DNA of 64,000 bases from Felis catus (taxonomy: Eukaryota), in NCBI RefSeq assembly GCF_018350175.1, contig NC_058368.1:133178001-133242000 (forward strand), read 5' to 3'. Positions 63,871 to 64,000 of this stretch are shown here, one piece after another. Under the pieces are notes generated by a model that ran no database searches, was not told where the DNA came from, and saw only the letters and a program-made list of their open reading frames with translations. How positions within the stretch are numbered: the first letter of the stretch is position 1; every line of letters starts with the position of its first letter. A program made the position numbers and the translations under genes.

Positions 63871-64000
63871 GGGTTGGATGTGTCTATTACCTCGATGATG
63901 GTGCTGGGATCCTGAGTGTGTGCATATGACCATGAGTGTCTGCAGATGTCCAAACTCCTCACATTGTACACATTAAATATATGCAGTCCTTTGTATATCA

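Overview
Mammalian, carnivore and very probably felid (cat-family) genomic DNA. The assignment rests on about 13 tRNA-derived CanSINEs of the SINEC_Fc type and on felid-type L1 3' ends. The window reads as intronic or intergenic: it is repeat-dense (CanSINE, L1, L2, MIR, CR1/L3, MaLR/ERVL/ERV1 LTRs, Tigger and hAT DNA transposons, microsatellites), and I recognise no host protein-coding exon or RNA gene. The only protein-like ORFs are L1 ORF2 remnants and decayed ERV-L gag/integrase. The most unusual structure is at 23250-28066: two L1 insertions, each with its own target-site duplication (TSD), lie about 0.9 kb apart. The 5' truncation point of the first abuts, with a 5-nt overlap (CTTGA), the end of the inverted segment of the second, which suggests one coupled twin-priming event across two target sites. 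Other points of interest are a deleted ERV-L provirus with two LTRs (49440-53205), a repeat-free, motif-dense enhancer candidate next to a G-quadruplex (53688-54120), a SINE nested in the tail of an opposite-strand SINE, and small templated or palindromic repair-like scars. Repeat subfamily names come from recalled consensus sequences, not from a database run, and boundaries of old repeats are approximate.
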